A stretch of 64,000 nt of DNA. Source: a virus. Under the pieces are notes generated by a model, which saw only the letters and a list, made by a program, of their open reading frames with translations, was not told the origin of the DNA and did not search any database. Where the stretch lies: positions 32,001 to 96,000 of the IMG/VR virus record IMGVR_UViG_3300023199_000127; one strand, 5' to 3'. Position numbers and translations under genes: made by a program. Shown one piece after another: positions 11,101 to 19,702 of this stretch. Each line of letters starts with the position of its first letter. Position 1 is the first letter of the stretch.

Positions 11101-13087
11101 AAAGCTGAACCGCTTGTACCTCGGCATGTCCGAAGCTATGGTGGGCAAGGACTCTGTAATCAAGCGTTACTTTCAGCCTGACGATATGATCGGGATGACT
11201 GGGCGAACTGTCACCTCTCCCTTCTTCAACCAGAAGGCAGAGGTGGCTACGGTTGGTATCTATCGCGGCGCACTAAAGCGCGCTGCCAAGAACGGAGATC
11301 CCCGTGCTGTTCAGCTGTTGAAGCGAGCCAAGACCGGCAAGGATATCTACGGTACTGTGTTGGCTTATCCCGGTACCGATGCTGCGCACCACGCTGTGGT
11401 GCGTGTGAAGCTGATGGACAAGCAGCACATCGTTGGGAGTGACTTGGCCAAGCAGGTCGGCAATGAAGGTCTTGAGAACCTGATCTTTACCTCGCCCACG
11501 TTGCGTGCTGCCACCGAGCGAGACCTCGACTTCGACTGGAACTACTTCCGGTTCATCACAGGTGATGAAGCTTCACAGGCTGCATCAGTCGTGCATGGTG
11601 AAACAGTACGTCGACTGGACCCGCTACACGCCTTCATTAACGCTGCTCCTGGGGGTGCTACCCTACGTCAACAGGTCTCCGGCATGACACAGGCCCTCGA
11701 GGAACAGATCGGAAAGGATATCTCCGGCTTCAGTCTCGGTGAACTAGCACAGCGTGAGCAATCCCTCATTGAGGGCTCCGCTGTTCTACGCCAGAAGCTT
11801 AGCTCTCCGCTGACATACTCGTCGTTTGTCAGACAGCAGACTCTGGCTGCGTATATCGGCGAAGACCGTGGTGCCGACCTGGTGATGCGTGCACTGGGCG
11901 CAGCGGACAATAGTCCGACCGCCCAGGCTGTGACAGGCGTGAAGGAGATGCTTGCTGATCCCAAGTTCAGGGATACGTTCTCCAATGCCTGGACTGCCAC
12001 ATACTATGCCGCCCTGAAGAAGGGTGCCGCTGATGAGTCCATCGCCACTATGGTGGGTGATGTACGCAGGCTCACACAGGTTGCCTCCGAGGGCGGACGT
12101 GCTGGGCAGCGAGCACAGGGCCAGCTTGCTGAGAAGATGTTTGGGATCTTCCAGAGATCGACGCCTGGCGAGAATATCCTGATGCGTGTGCTCAATCAGT
12201 CCGGACTCACGGAGGGGGAGCACTACCACGTCGGAGCTGCCGGTGAGGCAGCCCAAGGCGCCATTGAACAGATTGGCGGCAAGGTGTATGTGACACAGCC
12301 TGGTCGTGATCTGCTGATGGAGAGATACTTCAACCCCATGGCAGAAATGCTGGGGAACCTGCAGCACATCGAAGATGCGACTAAGGAGACTGCTCTGTGG
12401 CACGCTCTTCGTCCTCTTGCTGGCCAGACTGCACCTGATTATTCACGCGCCCAGGAAACCATGGGTGTCCTCGACCTGTTGGGTCGAGGCATGAAGGATG
12501 GTGCTTCCGCGGAGCATGTTGGTGATGCCGCGCGTGATATGCAGGCCATGATGGATGCGCTTCAGGACACTGATCCCTTGCTGCACAGGGAAATGATGGA
12601 GACTGCAGCAGAGGCTGGTGGCTACCAGGCTATGGCGGATGGTGCCAGAGCAGCAGCCGGCCGCGGGAAGGATATTTTCAATCGCATCTGGAGCAGCAGG
12701 TGGGGCAAGATCGGGACGATCGGTGCCAGCGCTGTTCTGGGCCTTGAACTCTTCGGTGGCCTGGTGGGCGATGATACTCCCCCGCCTGTGATGGCCGGCA
12801 ATGGGGCTCCTATGCCTCCCACGCCTGCTCTACAGGGCGTTGCCCAGAAGCAGCATCCGCAGCCGTATATCCCTCCCAGGCCGGCACGCATCCAGCGTCC
12901 GGCCTCTATGAGGACCCATGTTTCTGCCACCATGAGGGACACAGCCCCCTCATATGGGCAGACCCGTGGGCACAATAGTTCCTTTCCCTCTCACGGACAA
13001 ATCGATTATCCTGAGAGGGACAGGGGCGAGGTTAACCCCTGGGTGATGCGGAATTATATGAGTCAGCGCATGGTGTCGAGCTACTAG
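8192..13087 (+). CDS. Single-chain two-barrel (DPBB) RNA-polymerase-like virion protein (1631 aa) with divergent active site
   Basis: Beta-like motifs: PLTVGLMD..IDDSGVLLGSETAR; HFNIKRAR..GAGLLVDTRRVGVTG..VDIAG. Beta-prime-like motifs: GMTGRTV..TVGIYRGAL..GTVLAYPGT..IFTSPTLRAATERDLDFDWN. All occur in the correct order. Aligned by eye only. Confidence 0.7.
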   Translation: MRDAGYGYYSSNLANYPGLVGLQEAVHSTNYAPVRSKGGLNMLIKRHRELGMGMGATKNVVRIVRALEDAGVHDIGISVHAKGGVSLRLRQGQIAIPVWDKARGVVHMGADTMAGAMHLVPTGSRLKKMDVADAFVHRFLSRMPSTSKKYGGGGSVKLGSGNMIRIKAMDPVRSVDAQVKVLQDLSRTAKTEWMQTLATQNGESQLSKAYYLQNRIQMDLTDMPELQQQAERIGDMVAAYQKGGDPTKKILLNDELERKIHTEILAFKNRLQEVAPDAQLTGIKPEAFLPFLRENKTANRVTMSTLGPQMMASMYEEDEVRKSLHQMVLARVMHQDDIMHDPQVAMGRAVARESLGRRRIVPIVTEHGYMDQMRQMAELRALRQGRAVRPGDMYQLTTRMPLTVGLMDPGQSQMAYKFLRDHIDDSGVLLGSETARTVAGMEYRHQSKVGNVQTFKAIGPMAAHINALSEDSHHHIGLIGSDLAAEGMPVLGTDASRFVGTQGAKSLRMRDRILLGIDQETGRQITMGAGDRLESITRKGDQYHFNIKRARGGSGMGAGLLVDTRRVGVTGFISPEVGVDIAGAAGDFGMKFGSNRAHTYRQYVGHVFTRLERSALDQKMQRNVMRQVGKALGADVNFKQIGSRGRAFVTLAAGMPSIDRLVEAAMSNDSSTLLKDKVVMAALADKSMTEAQRQSVINAFRVESTPMSKVMRSMGHAVSEQQAAELERAGARMYKFEGTPVQSRHVDMPSKQMGRYGMNYTLADLKLFETQMAGTQGHVGRAYRTLHDFLRPDIKTSGVGSDAYRFLGQFYEGIDGAHAGLMKADTYSLQQIAQMKNVPIQSTAQYPGGVIKESEVAGSLISGTGNNLRKGGFYVKLKKGDHMSIALMDRFGAGKGGVAAVRTDTVFIPGMEFFRGSAGLEGFNELIMQGGSRLDGSGGIERKLFGDYMNVVKTLEDYASGSADVTALQEKLNRLYLGMSEAMVGKDSVIKRYFQPDDMIGMTGRTVTSPFFNQKAEVATVGIYRGALKRAAKNGDPRAVQLLKRAKTGKDIYGTVLAYPGTDAAHHAVVRVKLMDKQHIVGSDLAKQVGNEGLENLIFTSPTLRAATERDLDFDWNYFRFITGDEASQAASVVHGETVRRLDPLHAFINAAPGGATLRQQVSGMTQALEEQIGKDISGFSLGELAQREQSLIEGSAVLRQKLSSPLTYSSFVRQQTLAAYIGEDRGADLVMRALGAADNSPTAQAVTGVKEMLADPKFRDTFSNAWTATYYAALKKGAADESIATMVGDVRRLTQVASEGGRAGQRAQGQLAEKMFGIFQRSTPGENILMRVLNQSGLTEGEHYHVGAAGEAAQGAIEQIGGKVYVTQPGRDLLMERYFNPMAEMLGNLQHIEDATKETALWHALRPLAGQTAPDYSRAQETMGVLDLLGRGMKDGASAEHVGDAARDMQAMMDALQDTDPLLHREMMETAAEAGGYQAMADGARAAAGRGKDIFNRIWSSRWGKIGTIGASAVLGLELFGGLVGDDTPPPVMAGNGAPMPPTPALQGVAQKQHPQPYIPPRPARIQRPASMRTHVSATMRDTAPSYGQTRGHNSSFPSHGQIDYPERDRGEVNPWVMRNYMSQRMVSSY

Positions 13088-16000
13088 ATGGCTAAGACGA
13101 TTAACGAGCGTCTAGGGTCCTTGTCTATCTTGGACCCGGAGACCGGGAATAGCATCCCGGTTAGCCTGGACCTGATCCAGCGGTATCTTCTGGATGAGGA
13201 CAACCTCATGGTCATCATTGGCAGAGCTAGAGCAGCAGCAGCTGCCAAGGAGCTCGCTGATATTGAGGCTGGCGTGGATCCCACGGCGGCTGCCAATGAG
13301 CTCAGAGCCAACCTGGACGCCCTGGATTCTGTGTCCGAAACTCTGTTCAACCGCAATCGCTCCATCAAGAATGATGAGACGCGCCGGCGTACAATCTCCG
13401 ACGCTGCCCGATCCTTTGAGGATCGTACCTATTCTTATGCCAAGCCTGCAGTCATGAGGATTGGCATGATTCCCCTTGAGGATGGTCTGGTCAAGAATGG
13501 CGCCCAGGCTATCGAAGTGGAAGACGATTACGATATTCGTCGAGTGGGATCGCTGCGCTCTGACACTGATGCAGTGGTTCGCGGCAAGTCCCAACACACG
13601 GAGATTCGGATCAGCCTGACCTTCCCTGATTTGGATTCTGTCAACACTGTGTTCCGTCCTCTACTGGCCCAGTGTCGTGCCGCGCCGGTTATCAGTATTG
13701 AGTCTGATCTCCTTGTTGATGTGCTCATTAACAAGTTCGCTACACCAGAGCTGCTGAATGCACTCCTACAGGTGGGTGCCGCCAAGACCAAGACGGATGA
13801 AGATGATCCGCTGGAGAAGCTTACCGAAGAGAGCCGTGAGAGCCTGGACAAGCTCAAGGATCTGCTCTCCTCTGGTGATTCCGCGACCATGTATGCTGTG
13901 GCACGTGCTCGACAGAAGGCCACACAGGAAGCCAGTAAGCCGAATGCTAATCCCACTGTGGAACAGGCACGTCCTTTCGACGTGCCGGATTATGGGATCG
14001 CCATTCCTGTGGCTCTCCGTGAGGTCCATGTGTCAACGAAGAAAAGCGGCACCCATGCCCTGGATGCCACCTTTATCTTTGTGCGCATCAACGAGTCTGC
14101 CTTTATGCAGTCTGGTCTTCGCTGGCGTGACTCCAACGGTTGGCCCACCTATGACGTGACCAAGTGCGATACTCTGTATCGGTACTTCCATAAGACCTAC
14201 CTGACCCCGTCAGACCAGAAGGATTCTCAAACCTATATGGCTCCCATCCCCAAGTCGGATGCGGAAGTCCAGGCCCCCATGATCCTGCGATGGGAGAACT
14301 ACCATACGGGGGAAGAGAAGAGTATTGATCTAAGCGACTTTGAGTGCGTGATCCATCAAATGAATGTTGGGTGGTCGAACAAGCTTTGCATGATGCCTCT
14401 CATCGGCCAGCACAATCCAGCTGTGCAGTATCTCGGTACTTCCAACGGAGTGGCCAAGGTACAGATCATTACCAAGGATAGACAGCTGGTGCGCACCCTG
14501 CACCAGCTGAAGGATGAACAAGACGAGATCTCTCGCCGGCACAGTGCACTGGATCGTGATGATCGGATTATCATCGAGAATGGTGTCCTAAACATGACTG
14601 GCATGCGTGAGTTTGTTATCCAGTCCTTGACCACAACGACTGATCCGCGCAGTCCTGAGCTTATCTACTTGAACATCACATTTGTGGAGTCCAAGTACAC
14701 CCTTCGTGAGCGTGAACAGGTTACGCTCTTCCAGGATCACTACGACAAGGATCATCTGAAGGCGTTGTGGAGGTTCATGTTCAAGACCATGAACGAGGCG
14801 ATGGACAAGACACTACGACGTCAGGAATGGAGCCAGACCGAGCGAGAGGTCATGTCCACTCTCTTTGGTAGCTCATTCCTTTACAGGAATGTGACTGGCG
14901 CAGCGGTGGACTTCTCCGCTGTGCGTGCCGACATTGAAAAGGGCACTGGATTTTTCGGCACAAGGCTGGAGAGCGGTAGGACCCCTGGTGAAGCCTACAG
15001 GCTCCAGGACTCCTTCCGGAAGGCAACAGCTCCCGATAACGGAATGCCTGGTATTCTTAACAACTCTGTGATGGCTGCAGCTATCTCCCACTTCATCACC
15101 TCTGGTGGAACCGACTCCAGTCGGATCCGCTGGTTGAAGAATAGAGAAAGAGAAGCAGAGAAGTCGGTCGAGGATCCTGCCAGTTGGTTGAGCTGGGTGA
15201 ATTTCACCAGGAACAACCAGGTCACTCGTGTGAAGAACGAGCTCCAGGAACAGGATCTGACCGTCATCAAATACATCTTTGACTGGCCGACCCAGGCAGA
15301 TCTTAATGGAGCTCGCGCCACCATGCTGGCCTGGCTTGACGAGCTGCAGACCCACGAGGTGGGTCCGGAGGTGGACAAGGGCTCCAGCATGCTGTTCCGC
15401 GTGTTCATGCTGGCCCGAGATCATCTACGGCTTGATGCCCCCGCATTCAAGCAGCAGTTCTGGGACTCTGTTCTAGAGGTGCTCTCCAACCGTCAGTCTG
15501 ATGCTGCTGTGCAGGGTAAGAAGTGGCTCTCTGAGGATCTCGCCCAGGCCCAGTCTCTTCTTATTGGTGTGCTTGCCAGTGGAGTGGCTGATAGGTGGGA
15601 GGGCTTTGACCAGAGCCGATTCTTGAGCCAGAAGAAGTTCAAGGCACTGGACGCCAACGGGCCGGACGAGCCGTCTGACAACTACCCGGACATGTATCTT
15701 CCGACCTATGCAGATCTGTTCAGTAACCCGCCCCTCGGGTTGGTACTTGGTCTGCCTATCCCGGTTGTACAACAGGTAGATGCCAGTCAGGCAAAGTATG
15801 CCCCGCTGCGGGGACAGAGTCGCAAGGGTGATCCGCAGGCTCTCTGGATCAACTTTGCTCCGCGATACAAGGATCTTGGTAAGCGCCCTCCGTTCGAGGT
15901 TCGGGCTGCCTTTGGAAAGCCGGAAGAGGCCAGCAATGCTATTGCTCGTACGATTAATGATCGCGTCGAGCCTGGGTTCTTCTACTGGAAGGGTTCCTGG

Positions 16001-19000
16001 AAGGATGAGCTGGGAGCGGTAGAGAAGTACCGCAATCAGATGGAGCAGATCCGCGATGAGGCCAAGAGCCACATCATCCAACTCGATCACAGTATCAGTG
16101 CCGACGGTGCTTTGCTCGAAGGATCGCTTCGTAACATGATCGACTACCTGATGGGAGAGGAGTACCCGAGTGCCAACTCGGGTACTGTGCAAGTCCTGAG
16201 TAACCGACAGCAGGCCAAGGATCTGATCCGTAAGCTGGATCGAGTCAATGCTGAGGTACCGGTTATCAACCTGATTGACTCGGAGGGTCGATTGGTTGCA
16301 TATCTGCGCCATGCTCCCCAGTCGAATGATCGTGGCAGGACGCGTCACTTCGAGCTTGTCTCCTTTAAGGGTGGTCCTCTGAAAATCCGCAACCCCTTCA
16401 ATAACTCTGTGTTGGACCACGATGAGATGTTGAAGCCGGGTCAGATCCAGGAAGTGGTTAACCAGATCAAGGATGACCACTTCTCCATGCAGCGTGCGTA
16501 CCCCACGTATCGCGTATACGCTATTGAGGAGGATCGGGAACAGCTCATCTACTCCGATGACTTCTATGGTGTGAATTGTGTTTCCAGCATTGAAATCCAC
16601 CACTCCAAGCGCAATGCATCTTTGGCAATCCTGAGGATTACGAACACCAGCGGTCAGTTTGAGAACGATCAATTCCTACCGTTCGCAGAAGAGGGTAACT
16701 ACGAGGTCAATGCTGACGACGAAGGCGAACGCTTCTTTAGGCGTTTCCGGTTCCGCTCTGGGACGCTGATCCAGATCCGCATGGGCTATACCGGCAAGCC
16801 CACCGAACTGGACATTGTCTTCTCTGGTCGTGTGGTCGAGGTACAGCATGGTCCTGTAATTCAACTGATCTGTCAGGGTCACCGTACCGATCTCCTCCAG
16901 GAGATCGAGTACGCCAATACCAATAAGGATCCCTACCGCATCCTGGAGGATTGTTTCAAGAAGATTGGCAATGCTCCCAGCCTGGGTCGTACGGTGAAGA
17001 TGGGCCATATTAACCGCACGATGATCAGAGACTTCCTTGGCGAAAGAGCGGCTAAGCAAGTGACCTGGTGGGGTAAATTGTGGCGTCACGAGGTCAACTC
17101 CCACTTGAGGAATGTCTATGTGCACTCCAACTCTCAGGTGGTTGGTGGCTGGTTTGATTTCATTGATCGTGGGATTACCGACCAGTATCTCGAGGGTATT
17201 GGGCAGAAGGTGGTGCGCTTCTTCAATGATGTTCCGGGTGTGGAGCTGTTGATCCCGGATGCTGCCTTCCCTGCATGGGTGGTACCGCTGCAGCCGTTCT
17301 GGGACATGATTCAGGAAATGGTTCGCCATCGTCCTGGCAATATCGCGTACGTGGTGCCGTGGGAGCAGGATGGGACTCTTTTCTTTGGGAAGCCCACAAC
17401 TCCTTATCTTGCAGAGAACCCTCCGACTGCAGAACGACGTGCATACAACCGCCTGGATCGGGTTGTGCGCAAACTGTCTCTGCAGGACATCTCTGCCATT
17501 ATCCTTGAGAGATTTCTCACCTCACGCTTCTATAAGAACCGTCCTCTGTTGATGGATGCACTCAGCAATCGTACGAAGCTTCGTGAGAAGAATGCCAGTG
17601 TCAATAGCTTGGCAGAGCTGGATCGTCTTACGTTCAGCTGCTATGGGCATATGACTTCGTTCTCGTCCCCGGGGCTCCGGGATGAGTCACTGCGTGGGAA
17701 TAATAGACTGCACTCTCTCGACTTCACCTCTGAGTGGGACTATCTCCTTAAGTGGAATCCCGGTCTGGTGAAGCTGGCCACCTCCTTCTTCTTCGGCATG
17801 GAGTGGCAGCCGGTCTGGCCCAATGGGTTTGAGGGGGACTGGAAGCTTTGTTTCCGTGGGCTCATGCCGCCCTTGCAGGCCGGCGGTAGCAAGGAGCTCT
17901 CTCGTTCTGCAGAAGACTGGAAGAGCCAGTGGGTAGACTCGGATAACTCCTCACTGAATGCGATGCGTGTACCGACCTCATTCCTCGATACGAAGGCTCA
18001 AGCTAACGCCATGATTCGAGTATTGGAGAAGCAGCAGATTGAGCTACAGGCTGCCCGAGACTCAATTAATGAGATGCGTAGTCAGGGTCGTATCCCTGCA
18101 AGGATCCTGGACCAGCTTGAAGAGCAGGTCCAGGAGCGCAGAGAGGTATTCGAGCAGTTTGGTGTGCTGACTGCTGAACAGCGTGCCGCACAGATCGCCC
18201 GAGTTAGAGATGCTTTGGGTGGCTTCTCGCTACCTGGTGCATCTGGTCGCCCTGACCACTATGAGGAGCTGGGGACGATCGTGGAGTTCCGTGCTAACCA
18301 TTATCGGATGTTCATCCATGCCCTGGCTAACTTCGTCAGGGACCAGATTGGCGGAGAGACTACTCTGGGCAGACAGATCCGCAAGGAGGCTGTTACTAAG
18401 GCCATGGATGATCATCGCAGCTACATGCTGCCGCCGGGGTGGAAGCAGTTCCGCGACTATCACGTTCTCACTTCTGAGAACGATATCATCGAGAACTCCA
18501 TTACTGCCTCCATGCAGCAGATGCACAACGTTGTGCTCATCCGCCATCCGGAGGCTGGCGTCGAGCTGGTTTCTGGAGATGAGCTACAGGAGGACTCGGA
18601 GGTCGAGGATCTAAATAACACCGATGGCCAGCTGGCTCGTAAGCGTGTCATGTTCCAGGAAGACACCACTTGGAATAGCTTCCCAAAGGATGGGGGACTT
18701 CCCTTCCGTCCTGCTCTCGGCAAGGAGCACCGCAAGCTTCTGGTGAAGGTGGAGAACAACGCCTTTGATCAGGAGTCGGCTTTCCGTTGCCTGATCTCTA
18801 ATATGCAGCAGGCGCTGCAGCCCATGTACCGTGGCTACATCACCTTCATTGGCCGCCACATGAAGCCGCACGATGTCATCCATATCAAGGATGACATCTC
18901 CGATATGATTGGTCCGGTGGAAGTGGATGAGATTACACACCACTTCACTCCTGAAGGTGGCTGGGTATCCTCAGTGGTGCCGCATGCTCTGGTCCATGCA

Positions 19001-19702
19001 AACGATATTGTTTCTCGTGTACAGCACAATGCTATCGTTAGCTGGTTTGGAGATGCAGCTTCCTGGTACGAAAAGAACTGGTGGTGGATTGAGCTCGGCA
19101 TGCTAGTGGCTGCACCGCTCACTGGCGGTGCTAGCGTGGTTGGTGGTGCTGCCCTGCGTGGCCTGGCAAAGGTTGGTATCAAGACCGGTCTGCGAAAGGG
19201 GCTACGTGGCACTGTCGCACGCATTGGAAACAGGACCCTGCGTCAGGCAATGATCAAGGCCATTACCCGTAAGGCCGTCAGGTCCAAGACTACGGTCGCC
19301 GGCGCCCTCAATGTTATGGCTCGTAACCCCCATACCCTATTCGGTACTATCGGAAGAACGATGGGTATGGGAGTGCGCACCGTGAACCGACTCAGTATCC
19401 CCGCCTATCTGGGAGCCGTCGGCTACAACACCTTCGTCAGTACGCCCCATATCAAGGCTAAGTTTGGTGATGTCGAAGTGCCGGTTGAGATTCAGCCGCT
19501 CATGCTCAAGGGGCGGCCGTACACCGCCGGCCTGGAGTATGGCTATGAAGATGTGTATTCCTTCTGGGAAAAGGGGCGTGGCTGGATCAAGGATGTCTGG
19601 TCTGATACCAAGGAGGTTGCCGAAAACCTCTTCAGATTCCGTGGGTATGAGCCTCGGAGTCTTGGTGAGTCTCTGTATAATCAGAGTCTAAAGAGTGACT
19701 AA
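13088..19702 (+). CDS. Giant baseplate hub protein (gp27/late-control-D-like C-terminal half; 2204 aa)
   Basis: IQIRMGYTG..VFSGRVVEVQHGPVIQLICQG and YRGYITFIG..KPHDVIHIKD..GPVEVDEITHHFTPEGGWVSSV are hub-type motifs. Lies upstream of the gp25 and J genes. Confidence 0.7.
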   Translation: MAKTINERLGSLSILDPETGNSIPVSLDLIQRYLLDEDNLMVIIGRARAAAAAKELADIEAGVDPTAAANELRANLDALDSVSETLFNRNRSIKNDETRRRTISDAARSFEDRTYSYAKPAVMRIGMIPLEDGLVKNGAQAIEVEDDYDIRRVGSLRSDTDAVVRGKSQHTEIRISLTFPDLDSVNTVFRPLLAQCRAAPVISIESDLLVDVLINKFATPELLNALLQVGAAKTKTDEDDPLEKLTEESRESLDKLKDLLSSGDSATMYAVARARQKATQEASKPNANPTVEQARPFDVPDYGIAIPVALREVHVSTKKSGTHALDATFIFVRINESAFMQSGLRWRDSNGWPTYDVTKCDTLYRYFHKTYLTPSDQKDSQTYMAPIPKSDAEVQAPMILRWENYHTGEEKSIDLSDFECVIHQMNVGWSNKLCMMPLIGQHNPAVQYLGTSNGVAKVQIITKDRQLVRTLHQLKDEQDEISRRHSALDRDDRIIIENGVLNMTGMREFVIQSLTTTTDPRSPELIYLNITFVESKYTLREREQVTLFQDHYDKDHLKALWRFMFKTMNEAMDKTLRRQEWSQTEREVMSTLFGSSFLYRNVTGAAVDFSAVRADIEKGTGFFGTRLESGRTPGEAYRLQDSFRKATAPDNGMPGILNNSVMAAAISHFITSGGTDSSRIRWLKNREREAEKSVEDPASWLSWVNFTRNNQVTRVKNELQEQDLTVIKYIFDWPTQADLNGARATMLAWLDELQTHEVGPEVDKGSSMLFRVFMLARDHLRLDAPAFKQQFWDSVLEVLSNRQSDAAVQGKKWLSEDLAQAQSLLIGVLASGVADRWEGFDQSRFLSQKKFKALDANGPDEPSDNYPDMYLPTYADLFSNPPLGLVLGLPIPVVQQVDASQAKYAPLRGQSRKGDPQALWINFAPRYKDLGKRPPFEVRAAFGKPEEASNAIARTINDRVEPGFFYWKGSWKDELGAVEKYRNQMEQIRDEAKSHIIQLDHSISADGALLEGSLRNMIDYLMGEEYPSANSGTVQVLSNRQQAKDLIRKLDRVNAEVPVINLIDSEGRLVAYLRHAPQSNDRGRTRHFELVSFKGGPLKIRNPFNNSVLDHDEMLKPGQIQEVVNQIKDDHFSMQRAYPTYRVYAIEEDREQLIYSDDFYGVNCVSSIEIHHSKRNASLAILRITNTSGQFENDQFLPFAEEGNYEVNADDEGERFFRRFRFRSGTLIQIRMGYTGKPTELDIVFSGRVVEVQHGPVIQLICQGHRTDLLQEIEYANTNKDPYRILEDCFKKIGNAPSLGRTVKMGHINRTMIRDFLGERAAKQVTWWGKLWRHEVNSHLRNVYVHSNSQVVGGWFDFIDRGITDQYLEGIGQKVVRFFNDVPGVELLIPDAAFPAWVVPLQPFWDMIQEMVRHRPGNIAYVVPWEQDGTLFFGKPTTPYLAENPPTAERRAYNRLDRVVRKLSLQDISAIILERFLTSRFYKNRPLLMDALSNRTKLREKNASVNSLAELDRLTFSCYGHMTSFSSPGLRDESLRGNNRLHSLDFTSEWDYLLKWNPGLVKLATSFFFGMEWQPVWPNGFEGDWKLCFRGLMPPLQAGGSKELSRSAEDWKSQWVDSDNSSLNAMRVPTSFLDTKAQANAMIRVLEKQQIELQAARDSINEMRSQGRIPARILDQLEEQVQERREVFEQFGVLTAEQRAAQIARVRDALGGFSLPGASGRPDHYEELGTIVEFRANHYRMFIHALANFVRDQIGGETTLGRQIRKEAVTKAMDDHRSYMLPPGWKQFRDYHVLTSENDIIENSITASMQQMHNVVLIRHPEAGVELVSGDELQEDSEVEDLNNTDGQLARKRVMFQEDTTWNSFPKDGGLPFRPALGKEHRKLLVKVENNAFDQESAFRCLISNMQQALQPMYRGYITFIGRHMKPHDVIHIKDDISDMIGPVEVDEITHHFTPEGGWVSSVVPHALVHANDIVSRVQHNAIVSWFGDAASWYEKNWWWIELGMLVAAPLTGGASVVGGAALRGLAKVGIKTGLRKGLRGTVARIGNRTLRQAMIKAITRKAVRSKTTVAGALNVMARNPHTLFGTIGRTMGMGVRTVNRLSIPAYLGAVGYNTFVSTPHIKAKFGDVEVPVEIQPLMLKGRPYTAGLEYGYEDVYSFWEKGRGWIKDVWSDTKEVAENLFRFRGYEPRSLGESLYNQSLKSD

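Noticed and set aside
15473-16672. Long antisense ORFs (e.g. 399 aa here, 24810..25787, 49909..50967)
   Set aside because: They are shadow frames of GC-rich coding genes on the + strand with no recognisable motifs.
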